Assembly: GCF_964355755.1 (NCBI RefSeq)
Contig: NC_092672.1
Coordinates: 23,077,237-23,141,236, forward strand
DNA from: Antedon mediterranea
Taxonomy: Eukaryota > Animalia > Echinodermata
Length of the DNA stretch: 64,000 nucleotides
Direction: 5' to 3'
Shown here: positions 1 to 12,759 of the stretch, piece by piece
Numbering within the stretch: the stretch's first letter is position 1
Layout of the letters: each line of letters opens with the position of its first letter
The notes under the pieces: generated by a model
Database searches by the model: none
What the model saw: the letters and a program-made list of their open reading frames with translations, nothing else
What the model was told of the DNA's origin: nothing
Translations under genes and position numbers: made by a program

Positions 1-250
1 TTGATTTGATTTGATTTGATTTGATTTATTTCGGCATCAGTACATAAAATATCACAGACATACAATTAAAATTGACAAATATAAAAATACCAATATAAAA
101 CAAGGATGCCAAGGATAACTCATAAAAGTCCTCTACGGACTTGTTTCCAATGAGGTCCTTTGAATGAACAGCAAAAAAGACAAACAAAGCAACATAATAA
201 AAATGACAAAAAACAGCAAAAAGGACAATCGAAAAAAGAAGAAGCGCTAA

Positions 251-3200
251 TTAAATAGTTTCTAGAGCTAGTGAACGTTCCTGTAGATACTTTTTAACTT
301 TACTTTTAAAACAACAAACAGTTTGTGATTCCTTAATGTTAATTGGTAAATTATTCCATTCTTTAATAGCATTGTAAAAAAAGGTCACATGTGCCATTGG
401 CTTGATAGTTGGGATTCTAAAATTAAAATTGCATCCCCTAGTATTGTAATTATGACTGTCTGAAATTCTAATAAAACGATTGCATAAATAAGGTGGACAA
501 CAATGATTATATATTTTAAAAACATGACAGACTCTAAGAAATTCGACACGGTCTTGGACTTTTAACATACCAACGTCGTTTAGCTGAGATTGACCAACAT
601 GAGATCGGGGACCTAACTTTTTTATAAAACGAACCATTTTGTTTTGAGTCGTTTGTAATTTTGATTTTAAATTTTTATTTACCGTAGAAGACCATGAGCA
701 AACCGAATAATCGAACATCGGTTGGATTAAAGCAAAACTAAGAATTTTGCGACAATGTGAATTAAGAAATGATGATTGTCGGTACAGAAATTTCAGTCTG
801 CCGTTTGCTTTGTTTATAACAGAGCGGGCAATGACGTCACCTGATACATTTTGGTCAATCTCAATACCTAGATATTTGATAGATTTTGATCCATTTATAG
901 TCGTTCCAAAGCAATCAATATAGAATTCGTTTACTTTGCTTAATCTACGTTTAGAACCAAACAGGATGCATTCGGTCTTACCCATATGAAGCGAAAGTTG
1001 ATTGTCGATCAGCCAATTATTGCATGATACGAGATTGTTTTGGAGTTTAGATTGGATTGCGATTGGATCTTTATGGGAGTAAAAAATTGCACAATCGTCA
1101 GCGTACAAAACAACTTTACAATCACTTTCGATACTAGATGGTAGGTCATTCACGTAAATAAGAAACAAGAGAGGACCCAAAAGGCTACCCTGGGGGACTC
1201 CACATCCAATCTCAATGGAGTTCGATTTGGTACCTTTAATATCGACAATCTGATTTCGCCCAGACAGGTACGCTTGAAACCAACCGATAGACCGGCATCC
1301 TAGATACTTAAGTTTTTTACACAAAATATCATGATTGACCGAGTCAAAGGCCTTTTGGACATCGAGTAAAACCATACCCGTAAATAAACCATTTGACATT
1401 TGAACTCTAAGGTGATCTCTAAGATGGATAAGACATGTGTCGGTAGAAAATGATCTACGAAAACCGGATTGATGATCGTAGATAAGTTGATTCCTTTCAA
1501 GGTAATCGGAAACTTGTATATATACCACCTTCTCCAGAATTTTCGAAACTGAGGAGAGAATGCTTATAGGTCTGTAATTGTTAGCCTCAGTTCTGGAATT
1601 CTTTTTATGAAGGGGCGTGACTTTTGCGAGTTTAAAATCCGAGGGAATACGTTCGTATTTAATGGAGAGGTTAATTATATGTGTTATTGGTATTTTAATA
1701 TTAGGAGCTCCGTCTCTAAGAAATTTTGCAGGAATCTGATCAAGGCCTACACTTTTAGATGGGTTGAGATTTCTCAATTCCTCTTCGATAAGGCTCTCGT
1801 CAATTTCTTCGAGAGAAAAACCAGAAACATGTTTGATTTTGCTATTATAGTAATTTTTAAAGGCATTCGAACCCACACTAAAAAGGTTACTGGGAGAAGG
1901 CAATTTCTTCATTAAATCGGAAGCAATATTTGCGAAGTATTTATTGAAATAATTTGAAACTTCGCTTTCATTATGGCAAAGATTCCCATTAACATCTAAC
2001 GAAACAGTGCTACCCTTTTGTGGCTTATTTTTATATCCCAAATCTTTAAGGCATTTCCAGAGTTTATTGGGATTATTTTTGTTAACTTCTACCTTATTTA
2101 AAAAACATTCAGATTTTGCTTTCTTTATGTCCTTTTGTATGCGATTACGTAACTTACGAAATGCATCGTAAAGGTCTGGCCTATTTGGGTTATTCTTGAA
2201 CTTATTTAATAGCGAGTCTCTTTCTTTTATGGCACTTAATATTTCCGGTGTCATCCACTCTTCAGATTTTTGTTTTAGGCGCACCTGTTTGAGAGGAGCC
2301 ATTCTGTTTATAAGAGACAACAATATTTTTTTAAAAGAGCACCAGGCAAAGTCCACATCTGATGAATCGAGAACAGGCGACCAATCAGATTGTGTCAATT
2401 GCTCATTAAAAATATTAACATCGTAGTTCTTAAGTGAACGAATTTTGATAGTTTTATGTTGGTTAAATTTATATTTTAAAGATTTACGAGTACAAAACGT
2501 TAGGCTGTGGTCACTAATGCCTACATGGATGACACCCGATTGCAAAATTTTTTGCGAATGGTTACATATGATAATATCTAAAACTGTTGATGTATACTTA
2601 GTAATTCGAGTTGGTTCCTTTATCAGATGGGTAAAGCTAAAAGTTTCAAGAGTTGTTTCTAACATTTTGTATATTGATGCAGATTCATTTTTCAAATTAA
2701 TATTGAAGTCACCAAGGACAATAACTTCGACATCTGGTCGAATAGCAGCCAATATATTTTCAAACGAGTCAATAAATAGCTTATATGATTGACTTGGTGG
2801 ACGATAAATTGATCCAACAACAATAGGACGCGTCCTCGGAAGCAAAATTTCCATCCAAATTGATTCAATACTTTCAGAATCCAGGTCCCGGCGTTCGCGT
2901 ATAGATAGTCTTTCCTTGACAAAAAAACAAACACCTCCTCCAGACCGATTTCGATCTCGACGGAAAACGTTGTATCCTTCAATGTTGAGCTCCGCATCAG
3001 GAACAGTATTATCCAACATAGTTTCACATATAGAGATAACGGCTGCATTGGTTTTTATTGCGAGTAGGCGGAGTTCAGACATCTTTGGCAGTATTGACCT
3101 TACGTTAAGATGAAAGAAGTGAAGGCCCTTTTCTTTAAAAACATTGAAGTCTTCCTCCACATTGAGATGGATTCCGGGTCCCGGGTTTGGAGAAATATCA

Positions 3201-3511
3201 CCACATTTAAGCAAGATAGCAAAGAGTAAGCCTTTCCCTCTAAGATCAAAAGTCCGGTGTATGTGGGACGTATTCTTCCTTGTTTGATAATTTCCGGAAC
3301 TGTAAATATAGGCAGGCGATACAAAAATGACACTTGTTGCAGCGACCGCAAAGTTAGCGTTGGAATGTTTGCACCTGGTAAAAATTGCTTTGCCTCTCTC
3401 TTCGGCGGTTGCGTTAAAAAATTGGTCAACAAGTTGAAAATGCTTCACATTGTTAATCAGAAGAACAAGCACTGATGCATGGATAATAAAGGAAGCCATA
3501 CTAAAAGTCAT
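251..3511 (-). CDS. LINE ORF2-like protein (1086 aa): 2A-like motif, APE endonuclease, reverse transcriptase
   Basis: APE motifs HLNVRS, ICET, YRPP, LGDFN, ISDH. RT motifs NYRPISIL, QSGFR, LDVQKAFDSV, GVPQGSLLGP, YADD, KYLG. No stop or frameshift. Confidence 0.96.
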   Translation of the reverse strand: MTFSMASFIIHASVLVLLINNVKHFQLVDQFFNATAEERGKAIFTRCKHSNANFAVAATSVIFVSPAYIYSSGNYQTRKNTSHIHRTFDLRGKGLLFAILLKCGDISPNPGPGIHLNVEEDFNVFKEKGLHFFHLNVRSILPKMSELRLLAIKTNAAVISICETMLDNTVPDAELNIEGYNVFRRDRNRSGGGVCFFVKERLSIRERRDLDSESIESIWMEILLPRTRPIVVGSIYRPPSQSYKLFIDSFENILAAIRPDVEVIVLGDFNINLKNESASIYKMLETTLETFSFTHLIKEPTRITKYTSTVLDIIICNHSQKILQSGVIHVGISDHSLTFCTRKSLKYKFNQHKTIKIRSLKNYDVNIFNEQLTQSDWSPVLDSSDVDFAWCSFKKILLSLINRMAPLKQVRLKQKSEEWMTPEILSAIKERDSLLNKFKNNPNRPDLYDAFRKLRNRIQKDIKKAKSECFLNKVEVNKNNPNKLWKCLKDLGYKNKPQKGSTVSLDVNGNLCHNESEVSNYFNKYFANIASDLMKKLPSPSNLFSVGSNAFKNYYNSKIKHVSGFSLEEIDESLIEEELRNLNPSKSVGLDQIPAKFLRDGAPNIKIPITHIINLSIKYERIPSDFKLAKVTPLHKKNSRTEANNYRPISILSSVSKILEKVVYIQVSDYLERNQLIYDHQSGFRRSFSTDTCLIHLRDHLRVQMSNGLFTGMVLLDVQKAFDSVNHDILCKKLKYLGCRSIGWFQAYLSGRNQIVDIKGTKSNSIEIGCGVPQGSLLGPLLFLIYVNDLPSSIESDCKVVLYADDCAIFYSHKDPIAIQSKLQNNLVSCNNWLIDNQLSLHMGKTECILFGSKRRLSKVNEFYIDCFGTTINGSKSIKYLGIEIDQNVSGDVIARSVINKANGRLKFLYRQSSFLNSHCRKILSFALIQPMFDYSVCSWSSTVNKNLKSKLQTTQNKMVRFIKKLGPRSHVGQSQLNDVGMLKVQDRVEFLRVCHVFKIYNHCCPPYLCNRFIRISDSHNYNTRGCNFNFRIPTIKPMAHVTFFYNAIKEWNNLPINIKESQTVCCFKSKVKKYLQERSLALETI
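3176..3229 (-). other. 2A-like (StopGo) peptide LLFAILLKCGDISPNPGP
   Basis: Hydrophobic run followed by GDISPNPG-P just before the APE domain. The canonical motif is D(V/I)ExNPG-P; here E is replaced by S. Confidence 0.8.
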
Positions 3512-4150
3512 ATTGGAAGGTTATCTGTATGCCGTATCTGACCAGCAAAAAGATCGCGTTGCTCGAAAAATAGCTCGTGTTGAGCTCGTCTGTATCCGTC
3601 CACGTTACAAAATACAATTGTAAGCGTATCCACAATTCAATCAAATGGAATTCCAAGAATTCAGCAACCCAATGGTATATAAAATACCGATACAGTTAAT
3701 GTTAAAAGTGAAAATAGAAACATCAAAAAACGATTCATCCGATAAAATAACAGAAAAGTTATCCACCAAAAGGCTTCGTCGGAAAATGTTAATCTTTGGT
3801 TATGTACATTTTTTCCTGGTTTCAGGTGTGAGAAGTCAAATACGCTTACCTTGCTGAAACCGTAGACTAATAAAGCGTTGATTATCCACCAAATGGCTTC
3901 GTTGTGTAGTTGAAGTACTACGATGCGAAGAGAAAAACGCAATTAAAAGGCCATTAATCCACCAATTGGTTTCGTTGTTTTACTTAGGCTTAGGGAGTGC
4001 CCCTGAGCCACCAATGCGAAGTGGTTAAAAATTCTGTTTGCCCCGGTATAGCCTAGACTGCTCGGGTACTTTTGAGGCCTAGAGAGAGGTCCGAGTGATG
4101 AGTTGAAAAACAAATAACAATATTATCAAGTTAAAGTTCAATACAATTTT

Positions 4151-4274
4151 TAGTCGCGTGGACGCGACTCTATAGTTCACTATGTCGGTTGGTCGGTCTG
4201 TCGGTCTGTCTGTCGGTCCGTCGGTCTGATATCACTATGCGTTTTAGCACGCGACTTATGGCTGTTGGCCTTGT
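4151..4274 (+). mobile_element. Helentron-type non-autonomous element (HINE/DINE-1-like)
   Basis: Starts AGTCGCGTG..ACGCGACT (nested inverted repeat), has a GTCG/GTCT microsatellite and a 3' CACGCGACT..GGC..GCC-TTGTT. It sits in a T run without TSD; empty site tacaatttttttcgtaat near 34531. Confidence 0.8.
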
Positions 4275-7200
4275 TTTCGTAATAGTCAAATGAATATAAA
4301 ACAGAAAATATATGTAAGTTACACAATTTGTTTAAAAAGTAACATGAAAACATATAAAATAAAATACATGATTAAAGGTATTATGACCATTACAGGAACC
4401 AGAACTTAAAATAAATAAATAAAATCAACAGAAATATAGAAAATAGCATATTATTTTCATCAGAAAAATTATTATATAAAAGTTTTTCTAATTAGAAACA
4501 ATGGTTAAATGAAGACTATTCCACTTATATTTGAGGTAAAACATAATTTTTTGTTTAAAATAATTGCTAAACTCTGCAATCCTCCAAAAAACATAGCAAA
4601 CCTCATTTAAACAACAAAAAAGTGATTGAAAGTTGTGTACAACTCACTTGGTTTATCAATTAACATGTAAATATATTTTTGTTAAATACTTAAATTTGTA
4701 GTTAAGCATCATTTTTGGGTTTAAAAAATAATTTCTAAACCTTCACTCTTGAATTAGAGGGGGCGTAATCACCAGCCCAAACAATGTTACAGTACTGTAT
4801 AAGTAAAACATTTTATTTTAATTTCTTTAGAATACTAATAAATTTAGATATTTTATTTGATAAAAATTGTTGGCAGCCAATAATCCAATTAAAAGACCAA
4901 GGAATGCTTCACTTATTAATTTTCCATTACAAAAATATAACAATTGTTGTGTGTAAGTTTATATAAATACAATTTGTTTTAGCCGTATTAATTAATAATT
5001 GGTTTGTATTGAACCATTCACTAGCTTACTTAACTCTAAATTTAAAAAGTTTAACAATACATCAATATTGATATAAAGTTGTATATAGCGAAACAACTTG
5101 AAAATATCATGGATAACAACATCAAAAGTTTTTTGATAAATCTAGAAAAGTACTTAATAAAATTAATTGTTTTTAAATGCAGTATTAACAGAATTAGAGA
5201 GTTCAAGAAAAGCATGACAAGTGGTATGGTATGCATACATATTTCAATATTTTTTTTTAAATGGTTAAAATTAAGATTGGTAAATATTAAAATATAAAGT
5301 ACTGTATATCCGTTTTGAAATACAAGATTAACTTAAAATTGTAATATGATTAGGTAAATAACCCATCATGAATGAATAATTAATGGCGTATGTGAGATGG
5401 CTTATAATTAAGGAGCAACCTTTTTAAGAATCATGCTCTAAACCTTTACTAGAATTCAAATTACTAATTATATTAAGCACTTCTGTTTCAGATATAAATG
5501 AGAGGCTTTATGGGAGGTGGTAATTAAGAGATTAGGTCTTTGGTATTTTTATGTTAGAATTACAGAGTTTTACACATTTTTGAAAAATAATTTAATTACA
5601 TTCTGGCTAATTATGTTTGTATCATAAAAATATTCATCATTAATTTGTTAAACATGAGGTGTATTTTTACTTTCTTTACCGGGATTAATTACAGAATGTA
5701 TTACTTCTCATTTGTTATGTTACATTTAATCTGATTGAATTTAGTTTTGTAGCATTTTTTTCTTTGAAATTTTACAGAGTGCAGTAATATTGTTGCTATA
5801 CTTTTTATATCTTGAGATATTTGAAAATTTATGAATTTGTTAAAGTTTATGCTTATATTTACTAACTTTGTTTAGATGGTGTAGGTAGAGTGGTGTCATC
5901 CATAGTTGTTTTAGTGTTTGGGTTTTTTTTCTTGAACTCCAAAAAGTATATAAAAAAATGTATCCAACATTTGAATTAACTGTATAGTTTAGACGAATCA
6001 GTTTGAGAAAGATCAAAGCAAAATGCCCCTATATCTCTATATGTGCGAAAAGGGTAAAAACCCCTTAATGCAGGCTACCGTTAGACCACCTCTGGGCCTA
6101 GTAAAATTGCAGTAATATTTAACCGTCACGGTCGTACTGTAAGCCTGATTTGTGTGAAGAGTCCACGATATAAGGCCTGCTTACGCAGCGAAGCATTGAT
6201 AAATTCGGGACATTTTACTTGATTGAGAAAGACTGTGGCAATTATTTTAGGCCAAATTATTAGATTATATCAATATGTATTTTTTAGGTTAAATAATACA
6301 ATGGAAGAATACGGGCAATAATAATAAAAATATAACAGATGTTGGTCCAAAGATTATTTAACTTGCTGTAACGTACGTAAGCCTAGGCCCTAGTTAGCAT
6401 AGTTCTAGCGGGAATATCTTGTGGTGTGCGCGCCTGGTGCTAGCTCATAACAGCTTCTGATAATTAAATTTGCGTCTATTTGTAGGCCTAATAGATTTTG
6501 TTTCTGTATAATGGCCATCACGATCGGGCAGTTTTAGCACGGAGTGGTGTTGGGCAAAAATATAGGTTTTATGCATCATAATAGAAACCAATAAAACTAA
6601 ACGACGGACACACCAAACAACATCAGTAAACATGTGCGCGCATGGCATGTTTCGTCGGCAGTGCCCTCCATTTTTTTTTCTAAAAAAGTGCGACCTCTAT
6701 TTTATGAAGACAGTAATCTTTAAATATTGCGCCTTTTCACTGTGGCCTTTCACACAGAAAATGGTAATGGCAATAATACCGGCTTGCTTACTGGGATATT
6801 GCCGCAATTCTATGTGAAAAGGGCTTAATTCAGTCTGAATGGTCAGGAACGTCAACCATAATCAATTATTTTTTAAATAGGTAAATGATCAGAGATGTCT
6901 GAATTGTAATACCCGATAAAATATCAAAATTAGTAGGCCTATTGTTTGTTTAAAAATAATCAATAAGTTCTGCATTAGTTTTTGTAATTCTCGTTGGTTT
7001 ACAAATCGTAGGGAAAAAAGTACAATAGTTGATAAGATGATATAAAACAATTATTAAATAGATTATGCTTATTAAATTTGATTAAAACAATTAATTTATA
7101 ATAACCGCAAAATGTTTTATGTTATTTAGATTTCAGTTGACTTGTAAATAAAGCCAATTATAGAATTCTTTTTTGTTTAATGACTTATAAAAAGCGAACC

Positions 7201-7429
7201 TCATATAGTTCTTTTGTCAATAATAAATCTGGTTATATTTTGTAATGAAAAAAATCAATAATTGTGTTCTGAAATGTTCATAACAGTTTTATTAAATAAA
7301 TTATGCGTAAGACAAAGGTGGTGATTTGTTTAGAATTTCTGAATCATAAACTATCAATTGTACATTGTACCTACTTACTGTAAGTCATGACCAACATATA
7401 GTATATATGTTTAAAGATTACCATTTTTA

Positions 7430-7960
7430 ATCATTTTCCTTCATTAAATGCTTTTTCTGGATGTCGGCAGCCGGCATAAAAGTTTGTTGCCTTCATAGCC
7501 TTAGCTTTTCGAATTACAATAGATCTCTGCGGCTGCGCCTATAAATGATAATGTGTCTTAGGCATACTGTAGATCTTTACCTTGATTTTTCCAGTTCAGT
7601 GTGCATTTTTCAATCAAAATATTATTTAAGCCAAGATCAGTTTTAAATATGTCCTTTACAAGTTTCATTGGATCTTTTCCTTGATGTCACCAAATCTTAG
7701 GCTGTAGCTTCTAGAATGCCTTTCAACTCGTAGCAATTCAGCTTCCATGTAGCTATTGTATCCTGATCCTGTTTAGATTTGATGTTTCACACATTCATGT
7801 CAAATTATCCGTTGTAGCTTTAAATTTATCCTTAAGTTTAACTTTGAAGTTCCATAACATTTCTGTTTAGCAATGCTTGTTAGCCTTGCTTTAGTGATGC
7901 TCTTTCCTTGTCAATCCTAGTATTTATCAGCTGCTAAGCTACCCATTTCACCACTCAATG
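7430..7960 (-). pseudogene. Degenerate LINE ORF1-like fragment (sister copy about 36350-36860)
   Basis: Reverse translation gives broken pieces such as KDIFKTDLGLNNILIEK and RSIVIRKAKAMKATNF that resemble L1-type ORF1 RRM/CTD. Many frameshifts. Confidence 0.4.
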
Positions 7961-7978
7961 CATTCATTCAACATTTTT

Positions 7979-8381
7979 TACTTGGATGGAGTACCCGAGT
8001 CTAGGACTCTCTCTTCTTCTCCATCTGGACACTACAGAGCCAACTTTCAAGTCCTACTAGTTCTTTACGCATTGTCTGCCAGCTCTGAAACATTGCATGC
8101 ATATACTAGGGGAATAGGTGAATAAAGCTATAGAGAAAATGTTCATACTTCAATCGTCAATTATGACGTCATAAACATGGTACCAATCGAAAAAAGTGCG
8201 ATTTATAAAGTACTACTCCTCCCTTATTCATTGTAGTACTTCTGCTCCCGGAAATAGCAAAAAATAACCGTATTTGGTAGCAAGGTTATTGATGTGTATG
8301 TGACGTTACATCCCGTCTTCTGACGTCATTACAGCTTCTTTTGCTGTAGGCCTACCCCGAGTATCGCACATTCGTGCTTGT
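7979..8381 (+). mobile_element. Second Helentron/HINE-type non-autonomous element
   Basis: Absent from the sister copy (caacatttttttattcatagc near 36867). Inserted in a T run with no TSD. CCCGAGT occurs near both ends, and the 3' hairpin GCAC-ATTC-GTGC is followed by TTGT. Confidence 0.7.
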
Positions 8382-11300
8382 TTATTCATAGCATGTTCAG
8401 TAGGCTCAGTTTTTTTACCTATACTATGAATTTGTGTTTTTCTTGTATTCCTAGTTCGAGATAAAGCACTAATAATGTGTTATGAATACTCAGGCTTATA
8501 TTCTTAGTAAAATGTAATGACTTTAGAATGATCAACTGTTGGGAATTAAATATTATGCAGAGCAAGTATGTCTTCACTCAGAGATGTCCATAGCACTTTA
8601 ATTTTACTGTAAATAAGAATTTGAGTTCTCTACATTAAAGGTTATTCACATGACAGTATGTAATATATATAGGTAACTTTATTCCCCCCAAAAAAATTAC
8701 AGTATGTAATAGTGATATGTAAAAGGAATTTAAATAATAAAGCATAATAATCAGAAATAGAAAAATTTATTTAATTAATTCAAATTGTTCAATACAATTT
8801 AAAATATTTAAAATTCCTTGAGTATTATCACAAATAAATAATTATTTCAATTTGTAGCATTCAAAATACAGTAGGAGGGTTTGTTTATAATTTTATAATT
8901 ATATTACTCGATGGGTAGGCACCCAAAAATTATTTTTTTTTACTCCATCTTTGGTATTGCATTCTTTAAAAATTTCTTTTTTTTTCAATGAGCTTGTCTG
9001 AATCTTCAACTCAGAACTGTCTGGTGTTTTCAATTCTCTTCTCCTTCTCCTTTTTTATTTGGATATATATCATATTTTGTATCATCTTCTTCCCAACTTT
9101 TTTATTATTTTTTTCTGGGAGCCTAGGCGTAAAGTTTTTAAACTTATATAGGTTTCCATCCACACATACTATGTTTTTTATTGGCTATCACAAGTGTTTA
9201 TATAATTATTATTTATGTATTTTTAATATATGTGAGGAGAACATTTATTGAATATTTATTGAATATTGAACAAATCAACTCACAAGTGTTTACATAATTA
9301 TTATTTTATGTATTTTTGTGTATTTATTGAATATTGAATAAACAAATCAAAAATCAAATAAAAAAAAATCATAATATAATAATGTTGTGTATGCTAAAAA
9401 TGCCTTAGTAAACATGTGAACTCACATGTTGTATACGAATACCATTGGGCTACTGGTTTAAATTTTGGTTTATATCTAGTAGGACTAATAATACAATTAA
9501 TTTACATTACTAGAGTAAGCTAAGCTAGTGGCATGTTTTGAATTTAAAATGACCATTTTGATTAACTGGCATATATACAGTAAATGAAAGTGTGAAACTA
9601 TTGTTTAATAGTGAGTACGGTAGGTGTACTATTTAAATGTTATGATTTTCTAAAAACCAAATGATGGTTACATCACCAATAGAGTTAGCCTAGGCATCTA
9701 GGCTTATAATAGGCCTACTAGACAATATGTGAAAAGGTAATTAAATAAAATACTTTTTGTCTTTTTCTATTTGGACATTGGAATCAATCATACATACATT
9801 TATATTTTTTTTTCTGTTACTTAGACATTTTTTCATTCATACTTCTTAAAGGATGTCACTGTAGTAATGTCTAATAAGTGCCTCTAAATTATTGAATGCA
9901 CTTCCTAATGATATCACATGTACCCCGATCTCAAGGAATTGTTTTCTGTATTTTAAGTAAAAAACCACATTTCATCAAATTACTAGTATATTTTAAATGA
10001 TTATTGTCAGCCGTTTTTCATCTCCTCTGCCGCATATGGCTACTAAATTCCAATAATTACCATTTATATCGTTTAGTGTCTTTATGCTTCCTGTCCTGTT
10101 TGGTTTTTTTTGTACGTGTTTTGTTCTGCCTTTTTGTTATATTGTACATGGCTTGCCCGCCACAAGTAACTTCTAGTTTAGCTTCTTCTTTTTAGCTTTT
10201 AAAAAAAATTGTATATGTTTATTTTTTGAAGCAAAAGTATATTTTTTATTATTTTAATTCTTTATTTTGGTCAAATGTTAACATTCTATTTTAAAGAATA
10301 ATAAATCTTACTTGAAATGAAATGAATTTATAAATTATGGAACTATTAAGAAAGAAAACAAATAAAATAGTTTATTCATATCGATATTGCAAAATTATTT
10401 TACAACTCTTTATAGAGTATTGAAAAACTCATTGTATGTGTTATTTTTTTAATCCTTTAAATTGTATTAAGCTATTAATCAATTTTTCCTGTAGTAATCT
10501 TTTGTGGTCATTTTTAGATTTTCTTTTGCATATGTGTTATGCACACATTATGTTTGTGAACAAGCTCCATTACAAAAATGATTTTATTATTATTATTTTA
10601 TTATAACTTATATTATCAAGGTTCTTTTATTTTTGAATGAATCCCAAAAGTTTGAGATCTGTCAGTCTTTATAGTGTAAAGCTGGGGTTAAGACAGAGCT
10701 AAAATCCTCTGGATAGGAAATAGGGTAGTATAAACTCTTGAGATGGTGAAAAATGTTTTGCAGAGCAAAGTTTTTAATGGATTTTTATTTTATGACCTCT
10801 CCCCCCCCCCCCCAACCCCCGATTACATCGTTCCTCTTGAGTTTATTTTGTAGTATAAATGAAGCATGGCCTCCTGAGCTCAATTTGATTTTTTCAAAGT
10901 TAAAATAATATAGATATGTAACAGGTTCGTACTACTAGCGTCGTAGCTTTATCGCGTAGTATTTTCCGGAGCTGCAGCACTGGCACAAACACAATAAAAT
11001 CATCCACAGAGACAGTTCTTGGTTTGGAAAAGTTAAATTCTTTTATTGAAGCTAGTAAACCAGTCGGAAGGAGATATAACAAAAACAGTGTTACTATTTA
11101 AGATAACATCAGTGATCGTATCATTAACGACAGTATAGGATACTATTGCGTTGTGTCTAGTATAACAATCAATCAACTATATTAACTATAGTAAAACAAT
11201 TCTAAAATTAAGAGAGATAAAAATATAGATGCTTACCTAGTAACCAGTCGGAAGGAGATGAAAACCTTCACTTTGGGCTAGGCACTAGTAAGTGTCATCC

Positions 11301-11680
11301 ATTCCCAGTTGGGTACTATGACAATTTTTAACCGATGGTACATACATTTACCATAACGTTATTTCGTAGTTTACAGAACGATTGTATTGTAACTCGAGTC
11401 ATACACATGTAATTATCAATTTAAAGTTCGGTTATACAAAAAAAGAAACTATTAAAAATGCAAATCAATTAACAAAATCCCTTGTCCATTTATGAACTGA
11501 CCCATACTGAAACATTATACACTAAATATTCATGACCATTTTCCCGCCACTTGGATGAGGTGACTCATCTATTTATAGCATGGTCACTTATCATTCCAGC
11601 TTTTACTTTAATGGGTCCCACAAGGTTTCTCAGATTCAAGTCAGATTCAGCAGATAAATCATTCAAGTATTTGGGTATAA

Positions 11681-12759
11681 GGCCCTGTTCAGACCCATGG
11701 CGTTATACCGTTTTAGCGTACAACGTTACTATCAAGGTCACGTTACAAACCGCAGAGAAAAAAACGAGGTGTTCAGACCCATAGCGTACGATTATCGTTA
11801 CAACGGAAGTACGTCATCCAGGTTGTTTCTAGTTGCATATTCATGTGCTCTTACCCACGTGTTTTCATCATTATTTCCACTGTATATAGGCCTAGATCTC
11901 AGCCCTACAATTATGACAAAATTTGCCGTAAATAAAACATACCTCAGCATTTATTTAAGAAAAATATAGTAAAGCCAAATTTCTGTTTCTATTGTTTTTA
12001 TTTTGTTTGTAGTAAAAAACATTTTCCCCAGGCTCTTGTGTTACGAAAATAAAGCAGGCCTCGTAATGATGAAGAAAAAAATGATTGTGATTAGTCTATC
12101 CAGTCCAGTCAAAGATATATATTCTTTGGTCCAGTCGGTTGAAAATAACCCTTAACTTGCTAATAAAAGGGACAGCTCCCCTTGTTTGTTTACTGATTTT
12201 TTTAGGAGTTAGGGGGTTTTCAGCATTAAACTTGTCCAGTCTAGTCTGCCTTGTATGAATGAGTGACTTGATGTCCCAGGCTAGTTTTTAGCTTGAATGA
12301 AATACGTGAATGGCTCTAGGCCTAGCTAGGCCTAAAAGCGGATGGGATCGTAGTCCCTATGTTTAAATACAAGGTGCATGTATTTATGTCATTTGTTAGA
12401 AAATATAATGGTAATCAGTTGATAGTAGTTTGTAGCCTTTGTAACAGTTGTATTTGTAGTGTAGTTAGGCCTTATTTATTCTGGCCTTTTTGTTATTGAA
12501 ATCCATCTCACACATTGACGATACAAAAGATGTCAGCCTAGGTCAAACCTTGTTTCGCGTCATAACAGGAAACGTTCTGATTGGATACAACGTTGACTTA
12601 CAGTAGCGTCGTACGCTAAAACGGTACTATCAACCGTTTTCCACTACAACGCTACAACCGTTGTACGACGCGTTGTACGCTAATCCCCAACTGTTCAGAC
12701 ACACATTCTTTTAGCGTCGTACGCTAAAACGGTCTAACGCCATGGGTCTGAACAGGGCC
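11681..12759. mobile_element. PIF/Harbinger-type non-autonomous DNA transposon
   Basis: About 40-bp TIRs GGCCCTGTTCAGACCCATGGCGTTA.. / ..TAACGCCATGGGTCTGAACAGGGCC. 3-bp TAA TSD at 11678-11680 and 12760-12762. No transposase ORF. Confidence 0.9.

Larger units (their letters stand above)
1..4094 (-). mobile_element. Apparently full-length single-ORF non-LTR retrotransposon, CR1/L2 group (Crack/Daphne-like)
   Basis: Intact APE+RT ORF. The 3' end on the - strand is AATAA followed by an (ATCAA)n tail at 1-30. The 5' boundary is set where homology with the sister block resumes (gtgatgagttgaaaa at 4095 and 34485). Clade assignment is inference. Confidence 0.88.
4095..9850 (+). repeat. Intronic duplication block 1, copy A (sister about 34485-38200)
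   Basis: Collinear similarity with indels, e.g. tgatgagttgaaaa..caaataacaatattatcaag, aagcacttctgtttcagatataaatgagaggc and gagtaagctaagctagtggcatg occur in both copies. Confidence 0.92.

Noticed and set aside
1300-3475. Short ORFs overlapping the LINE ORF (likewise 50382-52766 in Penelope)
   Set aside because: Shadow frames of long transposon ORFs with no motifs.
5790-7270. 1.5 kb present only in block 1 copy A
   Set aside because: No TIR, TSD or tail was identified, so insertion cannot be told from deletion in copy B.
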